64,000 nucleotides of DNA from Selaginella moellendorffii (Eukaryota; Plantae; Lycopodiophyta), in NCBI RefSeq assembly GCF_000143415.4, contig NW_003314271.1:434001-498000 (forward strand), in the 5' to 3' direction. The translations under genes were made by a program, and so were the position numbers. Below are positions 9,231-26,699 of the stretch, piece by piece. A model generated the notes under the pieces. The model was not told the origin of the DNA. It did not search any database and saw only the letters and a program-made list of their open reading frames with translations. Numbering within the stretch: the stretch's first letter is position 1; the number at the start of each line of letters is the position of its first letter.

Positions 9231-12200
9231 CTAGTGCGTCCTCGGTGTTCAACACTTCTACCAGCTCGACGTCCAAAATATCTTTCCGAGGATTAGCAGC
9301 GGCAACTATAACTCGAACGGCATCACCAGCTTCTAGCTTCACGTTGGTGCTCACCGATGTATGCAATCCCACCTGCAAGTCACATTAGCCAGCTTATAGA
9401 AAACAGGAAACACTGAAAACTTCATACCTCCTTGATGGAGACGACAACTTGTCCGTCTTTGACCCTGACTACCGACGCTTCATACAGCTCGTCCCTGGGC
9501 CGCCTCCGCAGATACTCAATAAGCCAGTACCTAGAGGACGCGTTTCCCAATTTTCTCGCCTCCTTCGTTTTCAAGTTGGCTAGCATAATCGCTGCCTCGA
9601 GCTGGCTACTGCTAAGCGGTGGAGACTTTTTGCGAAGGGCTGCTTTAACCTGTTAACCAAAACGATCACGATTTAACAAATCGTCAGTAAAAGAGTACAA
9701 GGAGAACCTGGTAGTGTGCCAACAAGTCACTATATCGTCTGATTGGAGAAGTAAACTGAACGTATCCAGGTAGGCCCAAGCTAGAGTGCTGTAGCGGTTT
9801 GGTGCAGTTCATCTCGACAGCCATGTCTGACTGTCCTCTGTATGGCAAAGCCAGAATCTTCTCGTTGCCGTAAGCAGCTATGGCCTCGCCACACAGAATC
9901 ATCATCTCTGAAACAAGTTGTCCAGAGGGACTGGTCATGTCGATCACCTGAAGCTTGATTTCGGGCTCAAACGAATCTGGATTGGTTACTTTGACTTCTA
10001 TCTGCCGAGTGGATAAATCAACTGCACCCTGTTTACAACATCCTCAAAGATCAACCACTGAAGCTAAATGAAACAACAAGCACCTGAGAAAGTCGCCATT
10101 CATAACGGAGTCGGGCAGCCTTCGCCAGCAAATTTAGCTCACGCTCTTCGTCTAGTTGATACATTATAAGCTCCGTTGCAGAGTCATACGAGAGTCGCAT
10201 CGACGGTTTTATCACTGAGCTGCATACCGAAGACTCTGCAATGCTTGAAACACCAAACTTGATTTTCCAGAGGTCCAGGTAGGCTAGCAAGCAATACACA
10301 CCTGCCATCTTTGTCGAGGATGACGGACACACTCACAGCGCAGCATTCCGTGTTCTGCCTAAGGCTCATCGGTCCAGTAGCTAAGTTCATGGGAAACATG
10401 GGAATCGTTTTCTCTGGCAGGTAAACGGTCGTTCCTCGGTGTTTTGCTTCTCTATTTAGTCTCAGGTTAGCCTAGCACAACAAATCAACACACGTGCACG
10501 CACCTTTCAATTATATGTTCCGGCTCTACCCATCTTGTCGGATCCGCAATGTGAATCCAAATTTTCACACGACCGTCGGGGAGCTCAGTCGCGCTCAATC
10601 CATCATCGATCTAGAAATGAATGTCAGGAAGCACAACGATAGACCAAAACACAAACCTCTTCAGTAGAATCTGAATCAATGGTGTAAACCTTCATGGCTG
10701 TTAAATCGACTCTAGAATCCTGATCAGACATAAAATTCCAGGCTTTAGAAAATTTAAGAATGAATAAAGCGCACCTTGTTTTGATCAAGACATGGCTCCT
10801 CTTCAAGAAGCTTTGCAGCCGCAATATGCTCGTCAGGAAAAGCAGTCGGAATTTTGGACTTTAGCAGTTCCACATTTACGTGAAACGGAAGAATACCTAT
10901 GCCGATTAAAACATCTAGAGCAGATTCAGGAGACTTCTGCTGTCCCAAGGCCTCCAAAACCTGGAATATATTAAATCAGAATCAAACTTTGATGCAACGT
11001 GAGTAGCTTACCTCTTTTGCCAAGTTCTTCTGAGTTTCATCGGCAAACGCATCTAACGCAAATTCCTGCAGAGCTTCTACGCGGGCGAGCGCGAACTTTT
11101 CCGAGGACCAACTGGTGGGAGATGGCTTTGAATCATGAGACCGTGCTAAGGCGGACTTGACCATGTTGATAAAATTCACCAGCTCCATTCGAGCGGTTTC
11201 CTCGACATTATACTGGTGTTGTAACTCCTGCACCTGATAAACAGAAAGATCAAACATGAGAGACAATGATGTCGAGCTTACCTCTGCACTAGACCGCGGT
11301 TCATAAAAGACAACAGGCCCTTTTTGCTTGCGCCTAAAGAACACTTGCTTTGAAGATAGCATACAATGCGTTGCATAGTACTCAACATGGGAAACATCCC
11401 CAAAAAGCACCTGCAATTGCGAGGCAGACGAGTCAACCATTTCAACAAAACGTCGACTCACAAACTTTGGCTAGCTTCTTTGAACTTATGGATTTCTCCT
11501 CTGACTCAACCAGCTCGTGCCATGCAATTTCTATAAGAGACAAGTCCTGCAAAACGCAAAATTGTTTCATAAGAAAAAAGTGAAAGAACAAAAAAAACCT
11601 GTATGGCTTCCGTTTGCTTCAGGAACTCAACGATGTCTTCTGGTTTAAACGTTTCTACATCTGGAACAACGTATCTTACTTTCCCAGGCTTCACCGAGTG
11701 GGAATTTCCATACTGCAAATGAGCTATAGCATTAGTTATAGAGCATACTTCTTCCAAAGCTCTGAAAGAATAGTCACCTGGTCTATGGCAATCCAGTTCT
11801 TCTTCCCTTCCGGCCTATCCACAACCGCACAAACAAGCTTGCCATCTTTTACAAGCTCTACAAGCATTCCTTTGCGAAAAATTTGATCGCCGGACGTCGC
11901 GACCTCCTCGCTCGCGCTCACTCTCAACTCTAGATACCTGCGAAGAATCCAAAAGAAACCAGCTAGAAGAAAGCAAAAGGATTCTATAGACAACGCCCAT
12001 ACCTCCCCCTGATTCTTTCCTTCTTCGTTTCTCCCGTCTCCACAAACAGACCGACAAGCTGCTTGAGACTGGCAAGGCCATCGCTCCATTTCCTACTCAG
12101 CAATCCATAGCTGCTACTCCAGGGGCCTTCAATCCCTCCCCGCATCGCCGACGAAGTCGTAAAACTCCTCCTGTTCCCTCGCCTGCCAAGCAAAACCCTC

Positions 12201-12337
12201 CGCGACGAAGAATCCCGCCGCGACGACGATACCACCCCTGCCGCCGCCACTCGATCAATGCCGCGCCCTGACGATGGCACCATCGCCATTGTCGCGTGCA
12301 GCGCGGAAGACAAGCAGGCTGCACAGAATCGCCCCAT
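9231..12337 (-). CDS. RNR1: Ribonuclease II/R (RNB domain), chloroplast/mitochondrial, multi-exon
   Basis: Transit-peptide-like N-terminus; RVDLTAMKVYTIDSDSTEE|IDDGLSA, WIHIADPT, RGTTVYLPEKTIPMFP, LVSEMMILCGE, HSSLGLPGYVQFTSPIRRYSDLLAHYQ. Confidence 0.9.
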
Positions 12338-12567
12338 AAGCGCCGCGACCAGCGGCGCTCAGCAAACCATGGCAAATGCGGGACGCGAATCAATCAAAGC
12401 ACGCGGAGCTGGGATCCAAGAGCCCTATCGCAGCTCTTTCACATAAACCCTATCTCTAAAACCCTCCCCTGTTCTAGGGCAAAACTAGGGTTCTTCATTA
12501 TCCCCATTATTACATACAAAAGGGGGTAAAGTGTTCTTCGAAAAATCAAGGAAAGAATTCCCAGTGG

Positions 12568-13101
12568 TCACTTGGAGCTCCCAGAGGCGTCGATCTGGCC
12601 CTCTTTCTCCTCGGCCTCCTTCTCTCTCGCCTCCTTCTCCTTCTTCTCCCTCTCGCGACGATCCGAAATCTCGAGCTCCACCGCATCCCAGCTCGACCGA
12701 TGCGTCGGCAAATGCTTGGATCGCTCGTAGCCCTCGTCGCGGATCCTGATCTTGTGCCCCTCGGGCACCTCCCACGGCTTCCACTCGATCATCTTGGGGA
12801 TGAGCTTGAGCTCGTCCTCGGCCTGCTTGATGAGCTCCTCCACTTGCCCACACCCAATCCTCTCCTCGATCTTCTCCCAGTCCTCCTCCTCCTGGCACAC
12901 CTTGAGCCGCGCATTCGTGATCTTGAGCACCGCCTGCTTGTAGAACGCCTCCTCGGGGATGCTCTCCGCCGCGAGCAGCGTCCGCTGGTAGAGCCCCAGG
13001 AGCTTCTCCCGCGCTTGCGGCTCCACCCGGAGGCCCGTGATCCCTGTGGATTTCTTCACCTTGGCCAGCAACGGGCCCGGATGGAAGCGCCGCGCCCACA
13101 T
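12568..13101 (-). CDS. NDUFA5: NADH dehydrogenase (ubiquinone) 1 alpha subcomplex subunit 5 (B13)
   Basis: KVKKSTGITGL.VEPQARE, IEERIGCGQVEELIKQAEDELKLIPKMIEWKPW. Confidence 0.93.
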   Translation of the reverse strand: MWARRFHPGPLLAKVKKSTGITGLRVEPQAREKLLGLYQRTLLAAESIPEEAFYKQAVLKITNARLKVCQEEEDWEKIEERIGCGQVEELIKQAEDELKLIPKMIEWKPWEVPEGHKIRIRDEGYERSKHLPTHRSSWDAVELEISDRREREKKEKEAREKEAEEKEGQIDASGSSK

Positions 13102-13239
13102 TCTCGATCTAGCGCCAAAACCCTCGCGAGCTCTCCCCTGTTTTTAGGGCTCTTCCGGCACGCGCAAGAACCCTAATTCACAGAGTTTTAACCATTATTA
13201 TAAAGGTCGTTACTTTCGCGAGACTACTAGAAGAAACCA

Positions 13240-15081
13240 TCACCTCGGCTGGAATGGAAGCCACCACCAGCGTCTTCGCGCCTGGAAACTGTCACTAGAG
13301 CTCGCTGCTATTCGATCGAAGCCCGGTTCTTGGCTAGAGTAATCCGGCTGCTGCCTCTGGACGTGACTACCACCATTTCCTTGCCTGCTGCTACCACCGA
13401 TGAGATGATTCCCCAGGCAAATCACCAGAACGATCCCCACCATGCTCAGCATCGGCGCCGCCGAGAGCAAGGACCATCCTCGTCCCCGGCTCGCCGGAGT
13501 TCCATTCCTCCGCTGCACTGCTCCTCCACTGGTGTTGCCTTCGTCGATCATGGTGGCGTCCAGCAGCGGTTCTTCGCTAACTCTTGCGGCTTCAAGTGGC
13601 GGCTGGATTTCTTCTTGTGCTTCCATCCTGCCGCTGCTGCTTGCACCGTCTTGAGCGCTCGTAGAGCTCGAGCTCCCGGGACGAGAAACACTCGCATCGC
13701 TTTGCTGCTGGGCGTCGTACTGCTCTTCGGTTTGCTGCTGGGACTCGACGTGCTCCACAGCTCGAGATGGCGTGCTCCTGCGTTGGCTGCTCATCCTCTT
13801 CTGGTCCTCGTAGTCGGGGTCGTCTGTTGGAAGCTCGAACCGGCAAACCGGGCATGAGTTTCTGGAGTCCAGCCACGGAAGGATGCAGTCGGCGTGGTAG
13901 AGGTGCAAGCACGGCATCTGCTTTGCCGGCTCGCCCACGCACACGGTGTCTTTGCACACCGCACACACAGCCGAGCCGTCATCGAGGTGAGCCTGCTCGA
14001 TGAGAATTGTCGGAAGCGTGTCCACTGCCGACTTGGCTGCTGGAGGAGCTCCTCTCCGCGAGTTGTCATTCTCGGCGAGCTGCTGGAGAAGAAGCTCGAA
14101 TCCCCTGGCATCGACGTAGTCCCCCGGATTGCCTACGTACTGCGGGACCTCGACTCGGACCTCGATGTTCTGTCCGACCAGATTCTGGAGGAGCTCTTGC
14201 AAGTAATGGTGCAAGTGCGTCGGCCTCCGCGCGTTGTGTCCCTGTTCTCTCCTCACCCGAGCATTCCTGCGCGGAGGCAGTTCCTCCGGTGGCTGCCGCT
14301 GCTCTTGCTCGTTGTGAGCTCCTTCATCGTCAGCGTTATCGTCCCCGCCACCTTGTCCAGCAGCACCTTCTTCGTCTCCAACTTCCTCCCATTCATCCTC
14401 GTCGTCCTCGTCGTCCTCGTCCTCAGACTCCCAGCGTTCCAAAAGAGCCGCTTCGACCTCACTCTCGCTCTCATCGTGATCACCGTCGCCATCATCGTGC
14501 GCTTCGCTACGTTGCAAACTCGACGAATTCTCTCGTTCCTGATTGGTGGCATCAGCACTCTCTTGCTGTGCTTCGCCATGCTGCTCATTCCTGCTATCAT
14601 CGCTACTTCCACTATTGTTCTCGTTGTTGGCTCTAGCTGCCTGTCCCAGGAGCTGCAAGACATGGACTAGCTGCTGCGGATAGAGCTGACCAAAAGCATC
14701 AGTGAGTGACACAGCCTGGGCCTGAGGAGTGCGAGCAACAGTGGGAGTGTTCCCTCTTCTTCTCCTCCTACGCAAAGTATTTCCCGGATATCCATGGCTG
14801 TCACTGCTGCTACCATTGTTGTTGCTGCTACTAATGTTTAAACTGCGACCAGGAGCCTCTTCCCCAGTTCTTGGAGGCGGCGATCCCAGAGGCTCCACAA
14901 AACCATTCCTACACTCGGAGCATATCATCACCGAAGGACCATCTTCCCGTGCTTCCACAGTCACCTCTTTCCGGCACTGGTAGCACCAATACCCCGGATT
15001 ATCTGCATTGCCCTCGCCAGAATGGCTGCTACTGCTGGCAACGTTGGAAGAAGACGATGCTTCAGGCTGAGGATCTGCCAT
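13240..15081 (-). CDS. RING-H2 E3 ubiquitin ligase with N-terminal C2C2 zinc ribbon and C-terminal hydrophobic segment, intronless
   Basis: YWCYQC...CSECRNGFVE; GNPGDYVDARGFE.LLQQL; GAPPAAKSAV; RING CAVCKD...MPCLHLYHADCILPWL...NSCPVCRFELPTDD; hydrophobic PMLSMVGIVLVICLG near the C-terminus. Confidence 0.9.
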   Translation of the reverse strand: MADPQPEASSSSNVASSSSHSGEGNADNPGYWCYQCRKEVTVEAREDGPSVMICSECRNGFVEPLGSPPPRTGEEAPGRSLNISSSNNNGSSSDSHGYPGNTLRRRRRRGNTPTVARTPQAQAVSLTDAFGQLYPQQLVHVLQLLGQAARANNENNSGSSDDSRNEQHGEAQQESADATNQERENSSSLQRSEAHDDGDGDHDESESEVEAALLERWESEDEDDEDDEDEWEEVGDEEGAAGQGGGDDNADDEGAHNEQEQRQPPEELPPRRNARVRREQGHNARRPTHLHHYLQELLQNLVGQNIEVRVEVPQYVGNPGDYVDARGFELLLQQLAENDNSRRGAPPAAKSAVDTLPTILIEQAHLDDGSAVCAVCKDTVCVGEPAKQMPCLHLYHADCILPWLDSRNSCPVCRFELPTDDPDYEDQKRMSSQRRSTPSRAVEHVESQQQTEEQYDAQQQSDASVSRPGSSSSTSAQDGASSSGRMEAQEEIQPPLEAARVSEEPLLDATMIDEGNTSGGAVQRRNGTPASRGRGWSLLSAAPMLSMVGIVLVICLGNHLIGGSSRQGNGGSHVQRQQPDYSSQEPGFDRIAASSSDSFQARRRWWWLPFQPR

Positions 15082-15655
15082 GGCTAGGTCTACCCCCTCG
15101 ACCGATTCCTCCGGCAAAATCTAGGATTTTGAGCTCATACCTCGGCAATTTCGCGTGATCCTAGCTCGCTGCAAGGTTCCAAGACTAATCCCTTGCCCCA
15201 GCTACACCTCCGCCGATGCGCGGAGAGAATTGCCGCCAACGCCAAGCGCAGTCTACGCGACGCCGGGGCGATCGCGCTGCTCGCGGTGCGATCGCCGCGC
15301 TCGACCTTCGCTCCTGGTGGGTGAAGAGGGGCGGCAACTCTTGCGTTCACCCAACCCAAACATTCTCGTATTTTTAGGGCCCAATTTCTCTAACACCGCT
15401 TAGAGATTAGAATATTCCGGCACATTGTATTGCATATTCTGTCGTATTGCCCTAAAATCAAATTGACGTCAAAATTTGAAATAGTGGCTCCAAAGTTCTT
15501 TCAAAATCTCGTGCGTGTGTACCACAAGCGAAGATCAATTTTCGCGAGCGCTCAAAGACTCCAAAATGGGTATTGATCTCTTCTTTGTTCCAGTCAGGTA
15601 TAAATCATCGCAAGAGCTCGAGTGATATCTCACAGAAGTTTAGATCACTACCTCG

Positions 15656-16857
<1,202 letters not shown>

Positions 16858-16881
16858 AAGTTTGCGGACCTCCATACCTTA

Positions 16882-18030
16882 TCAAAAATCGTACTTTGAG
16901 CGTCCACTCTTTAGAACGAAGCATTGTAGCGGCAGCAAGTCTTTGGTTGCTGCTACCTGATGTTTGTGAGAATCCCAAGCTTCGAGCATCAGCCTTTTCC
17001 TGGAGCCTTTGAAGTGAATAGCTTTGACGTCCAGAGGCATGCCATGGAACTGTCCAGCTCCTTCGGCAGGCGTCCAGTTATACGACGAGCAAGGTAGGAA
17101 CAGCACCTCCACCCCTTTAACTTGGCTCTTGAAAACTTTCCCCTGCTTGAACGAATCCTCGAGAGGATCCGCGAAGTGCCTCACCACCCAAGCGAATGCG
17201 AGCTGGTCACCCATCATCCGAGACGCTCGAAAGAAGTCCCTCCTGTAGGAATCCACGACGCTCTGGAGCAGCAGCTTTCCTTTGGCCAGACCATCTTTGC
17301 TGCCCCTCACGAAGATCATCCCCGAGTTGATGGGCTGTTCTTTGTTATTCCGGAACGTAAGAGCCACGTCAAAGCTGGGAAACTCGAGAAACACGCATCC
17401 CAAATCCCCCACGACGATCATATCCGAGTCGGCGAATATAAAATGCTGGAGCGAGTCGGCCTTTCCAACCTGTTTGATCTGATCGTCCAGGAATGCAATG
17501 TAAGAGTCCAGCCTTTGGAGCATGAGATTGCCGCGGGAGTAGTTCCCAGGCACTCGCTGGAAAGAGATCCCAGCAGGGAGCCTTTCGGTGGAAATCGCGG
17601 CGGCCGGATCTGTCAGTACGAGCTGCTGGGAATTGGGCATGGCCAGCCGCGCGGACTCCACAAACACGCGAAGAACAGAGTAGCCTTTCTCCAAGCCCCG
17701 CAAAACCCTGCCCCCAACTACAGAACCATCGCACTCACCACTGTGTCGATCGGGCGGGACGAACAAAGAAACCAATCCCACGCTCTGCGTACCACAGCTG
17801 GATGAAATCCAGGTTGCCGCTGGCTTCCCGGAGGAACTCCGGCACTGGATCCGCCCTGAAATACCCAGTCCCGCGACCAGATCATCGTCCTGGACGACGC
17901 TGCTGTGCTTGAGCTTGCTGCCGCTGCCGCCGCCGCGGTGGCGGCATCGAGGCGATGCCGGGGATCCGCGGAGGAGGAAGATCAGAGACGCGGAGAGCAC
18001 GAGCGCCAGGAAGTAAGAGATCAACCGCAT
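16882..18030 (-). CDS. Type II membrane protein, nucleotide-diphospho-sugar transferase-like (DxD)
   Basis: N-terminal hydrophobic anchor; FIFADSDMIVVGDL, INSGMIFVRG, GDQ, LFLPCSSYNW, IHFKG, a GT-A-like motif order. Substrate unknown. Confidence 0.7.
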   Translation of the reverse strand: MRLISYFLALVLSASLIFLLRGSPASPRCRHRGGGSGSKLKHSSVVQDDDLVAGLGISGRIQCRSSSGKPAATWISSSCGTQSVGLVSLFVPPDRHSGECDGSVVGGRVLRGLEKGYSVLRVFVESARLAMPNSQQLVLTDPAAAISTERLPAGISFQRVPGNYSRGNLMLQRLDSYIAFLDDQIKQVGKADSLQHFIFADSDMIVVGDLGCVFLEFPSFDVALTFRNNKEQPINSGMIFVRGSKDGLAKGKLLLQSVVDSYRRDFFRASRMMGDQLAFAWVVRHFADPLEDSFKQGKVFKSQVKGVEVLFLPCSSYNWTPAEGAGQFHGMPLDVKAIHFKGSRKRLMLEAWDSHKHQVAATKDLLPLQCFVLKSGRSKYDF

Positions 18031-18288
18031 TATCGCCCAGCATCCAAGAACCCTAAAATTTACTTTAAACCCCTATTATTTTAGGGTTCTTGGAGGGAGG
18101 GGCCAAGTTCCTGCGATTTGATGGAAAAATGCGCGCCGGGAGCTGGAAGCTGGGAGCTGGGACAATGATCCAGGTTATACTTTCTTTCTATATTTTCTTT
18201 ATGTAGATTTATAAGCTCTTACAATGGCAATTCGGTGCCTCTATGAGCTACTAGATTCATTTGTTCATTCTTTTTTCCCTTCGATTTT

Positions 18289-19547
18289 CTAGAGACTGTT
18301 GGTGTCTCGGAAGCTCCAGAGCTCTCCATCGCTGCTGGAGCGATCGATGTCCTGCTTGCTCAATCGCAACAGCAGTGCTACTTCTCCAGAGTAGTCATCA
18401 TTGCTCTCGAGGTACCTCGTCTCCTTGACGCCTTGATCCTGGCTGAGCTGCGCGGCCGCGAGCTTGTCCACGGTTCTCCAGTCCGTGAGCTGCTCGGCCT
18501 GGATGAGGATAGATGGCTGTTCTTCGGCTTCGTGGAGCTTGGCAGTAGAATCAAACTCGATTGCCTCGAGAGAGAACGCTGGTGGAGGATAGTTGTTCCT
18601 CATGATGATGTTGTTGCTACTGTCTGCAGTGAAGGAGTTCTTCATGCTGAAGGTGGACGGGCTCTCGAGCTGTGGAAGCCGGGAGAATGGATCGTTGTAG
18701 CTCGGGAACTCGTCGATTCTCTCAAACTCTTGCTTGCAAGAGAATTGCTGCTGCTGGTGCTGCTGCTTTTGGTGCTGGTTCTCTCGGATCATCCCGAAAC
18801 CGTGCGGTGGTAAGCTCATCTCTTGAAGCAATGTGGATTGATCTTCGTATCCAGGACTGGAATCGGACTTTTGGCCTTTGAGGTTCACCTTCTTCTTGAA
18901 AACTCGGCATACCACCCAGCCATCCTGGTCCTGCTGCATGGAAACAAGAGAGAAAAAAAAGGAAAGAAGGTTTGAGCACAGGAGTCTCTATGGATGATTG
19001 CTTACACAGTGCTATCACACTTACAGGACTGTTAGTGATGCTGCTTTGCTCGTCCTCGAGGCGGTACTCGTGCATTATCCAGTCGGTTTTCTGGCCGTTT
19101 GGAGCTCGTCCCTTGTAGAACACCAGCGTCTTCCTCATGCCGACGAAGTTGTACTTGGTGTGGATGGTTTTGTCCCGCCCGGTCGCCTTCCAGAAACCAG
19201 CCGTGGTTGCTCTGTTGGTTCGTGTTCCTGTGGGGTACTTCTTGTCCTTGTGGCTGAAAAAGTACCACTCGGTTTGCTCTGCTGATCCAATCCTACATTT
19301 CTCTGTGACAACAGGAGAGATTCAGCCAGGGGCCAGCAAAAGATGTTTTTGAGCAAGGTGGAAGCGAGTGCCTACCTTGTAAGTCCCAAGGCTCCATCTT
19401 ATACAGATCAATTTCGCGAATGACATCCAGATCGATTCTTCTGCAGGAGACTTTCTTGTGCAGGTAGTAGCCGACGAGTTCCTCGTCAGTCGGATGGAAT
19501 CGGAAGCCTGGTGGCACTCGGGAGTGTTTGTGCATCATCTGCGACAT
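18289..19547 (-). CDS. NAC transcription factor, VND/NST/SMB (VNS) clade (exons 19547-19376, 19302-19025, 18933-18289)
   Basis: [78 protein letters not shown], plus the VNS-diagnostic LPQLESP and TDWR.VDK.AA.QLS boxes. Confidence 0.93.
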
Positions 19548-22182
19548 GTTTTCCTGCAGCCAAAGCCCGTAAGTATCTTAAGTTCGATCAATCACCAGAG
19601 CAAGAGAGGAGAAAAGAGGTACAGTATCCATCTTTCTTACTTGCGATCAGATGTGACCGAGCCTCCTCCACCTCCAATGCAGGATTCCGAGCTTGAATTC
19701 CTGGAGAGAAGGAGCTAAGGAGGCAGCAGCAGCAGCAGCAATCGAGGCAGCGGCAGAACGGCATAAAGAATCCAAACAGCAAGAAGACAAACAACACGAA
19801 AGCGAGAGAAAAGAAAAGAGGGAGCTTGCTTGGCGATGGCGCTGGCTCGAGATGCTCTGCAAAAACCTCTGGAAGAAAGACACGCGAGGCCTTTTAAGTA
19901 GCCTGGCTATGGCGGGGGTTTTACTGGTAAGTTAGTTTCCTGTCAATTTTGTTGGCTGCATATCTTAGTTTTTGTTTGTTTGTGGTGTGAATGTGACCTT
20001 GTCTCTTGTGCTTTATGTGTGGGATCCTCTTGTTTACAGGACTAGTTTACACTTTTTTTGGCTGTAAAGAGGCTGCCTCTGCCGACTTAACCCGAATCTT
20101 CGCAATGTTTCCGAGCAGCAGAGCTAAAGTGGTTCTCCATTGTTTTGTTTGCAGCGATTTTGTCAGGTAAGTCAAGCTGGTATGGTGTGTTTGTTTTTCC
20201 CGATCTTATAACTCTACGATTTGTTTTTGGCAGCGTCGATCCAATCCAATCAGTCACTGTTGCTCGTGTACAGCCTAATCACTGGGGCGATTATGACGGG
20301 ATGGCATTTTCAAAGGGAAAGACACCGGAGGTACTCGACGTACAAAATGCTCTCGATACGAGAAGAACTTACAGGTTGTTCTACTGTAGAGTCTACAGCC
20401 CCGGGGTAGCCCAGCCTGGAGCTTCTTCGAGTTTTCGGGGCGGGAGTTGTGGTGGACGAAAGATGCTTTTGCGTCTCGCTTTTATCTTGGCCGAGACGAG
20501 GACATATTCCCCACCTTGTTAAGGAGGTAAAGCGCCTTCTTAAGCATGGCATGGACGTGAATTTGATGCTCTCTCTTTTGTTTTTTGTTTTTCCTTTTTC
20601 CAGGCTCGGCCCCGCGCGGTGCGGCCGTCGTGCGTCCGTGGTGGACGTCCCTCGCGCCGAAAGTGCGTTTCAAGCTTTTACCCAAGGTCCCCACAGAAAG
20701 AGGTACTCGAAAAATTCCTTTTTTTTCTTCCTTTACAGCAGTGAGGAGGCGCGTTTGATCGTGGCGAGGCGTGGTGAGCGCTCGTCCACCTCGCAAATCC
20801 TCGCATTTCCTCGCAAAATCACTGGAAGTAAGTGTTTTCTCTCTTCTCATCAAAGAGGTACTTGAAATTTTCGTTTTTTTTCTTTCTTTACACCAGTGCT
20901 CCTCTCGCGTTTGATCGTGGTGAGCTCGTGGTGGGCACTTGACCTCGCAAATTGTCCCGCAAAACCACTAGAAGTAAACGCTCGCGATTGACAATGGAAG
21001 TAAGTGTTTTTCTTCTCACGGAAAAGCTCAAAGCATCGCGATTGACAATGGTGAAAATCTCCAGATGCCGCGTCCGTCCATGGTGGACCTCCTCGCGATG
21101 AATATACTATGATAGCTATATCATATGAAACACCGAAAGCATGGTCCTTCCTTTTTTAATAATCTAAGCATTCCATATGATACTTAAGCCTATCATAATG
21201 CATCAATCACTCTTCCGTACGAAACTCCCGGGACGTGGATTCGCGTGGATCCAACGGGCGACGGCCGGCGGAATCTGGACGGCCACATGGGCCCTGTCGG
21301 CTGGATGCCCTTTCCGTGCCCTCGCATTGTCAGTTATGGACCACCGCCAGGTGGACACGCCTCGTGGCCCAAAATTCTCACACAGCCAAAGGCGACGATT
21401 ATCTTCCTTATCCCTGCGACTGCCAGATCTTTGTCGAAAACTTCTTTTCTCCCTGGAGCGCGCGCTTCTCCGGGCTTGATTGACGCATTATGGATTGCGA
21501 GCTTCGATTTAGCTTGTGAGATCGTGGGCGCGCGAGGAGGATAGTGTAAAATAATGGGAAGAAGACCATACGGAATTCCTTCTTTGCAGAGGGGAGAATT
21601 TTGTGTACTTGGGCATTGCTGCTGGCCACGCTCGAGGCAGTCCTTGCCAAGCATGCCCTGCGCGGCTAGAGCCCTGGTACCAGATCAAAGCAGCAAAATT
21701 GCGATTCCCTTCTTTTGCACTCTCATCTTTCTCTCTTTGGGCTGCTTTTTGGTGCTCACTCACTTATTTGGGGCTTTGCATTGCGCTGGGACTGCTGCTG
21801 CAGCTAGTACTGCTGCTACTGGGCGCGCACAGCGCCTGCGATCAAACACGAGGAATCTTCTGAATAGATTAACATTTCTTTGTTTTCTACGATCGTATAG
21901 CTTCTCTTTTGGTTGAGATGATAGCTCTGCGTTCCAGGGGAATGATTTCGCGAATCTAGGCATCGCATCTGTGCTGTTTCTACGAGCTTCTTGTCATCAT
22001 GGATCTAGTCCAAGACGAGAGCGCGCCAAGACAACCTTTTGCGGTGATAGAGATGGTGGCATTGTATAGAATTGATTAATTTATGTTTGATCATTTCTTT
22101 TGATGATTTGATTCGAATCTTGCCGTATAGCAAACTTACGAGTTGAAATTTGCAACTATCAATGCTAAAGTTTTGGAGAACT

Positions 22183-26621
<4,439 letters not shown>

Positions 26622-26699
26622 CCACACGATTCTCCAAAACACACGTTATTAGGTCCAGCGCAGTCAGCCCACGCTATTCTTATACCATAAGAAGAATGG

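Noticed and set aside
13330-14670. Several plus-strand ORFs opposite the RING E3
   Set aside because: Antisense artefacts of low-complexity, GC-rich coding sequence.
19720-19760. (GCA)n run giving poly-Ala/poly-Cys ORFs
   Set aside because: Simple repeat in the NAC 5' region, not a coding signal.
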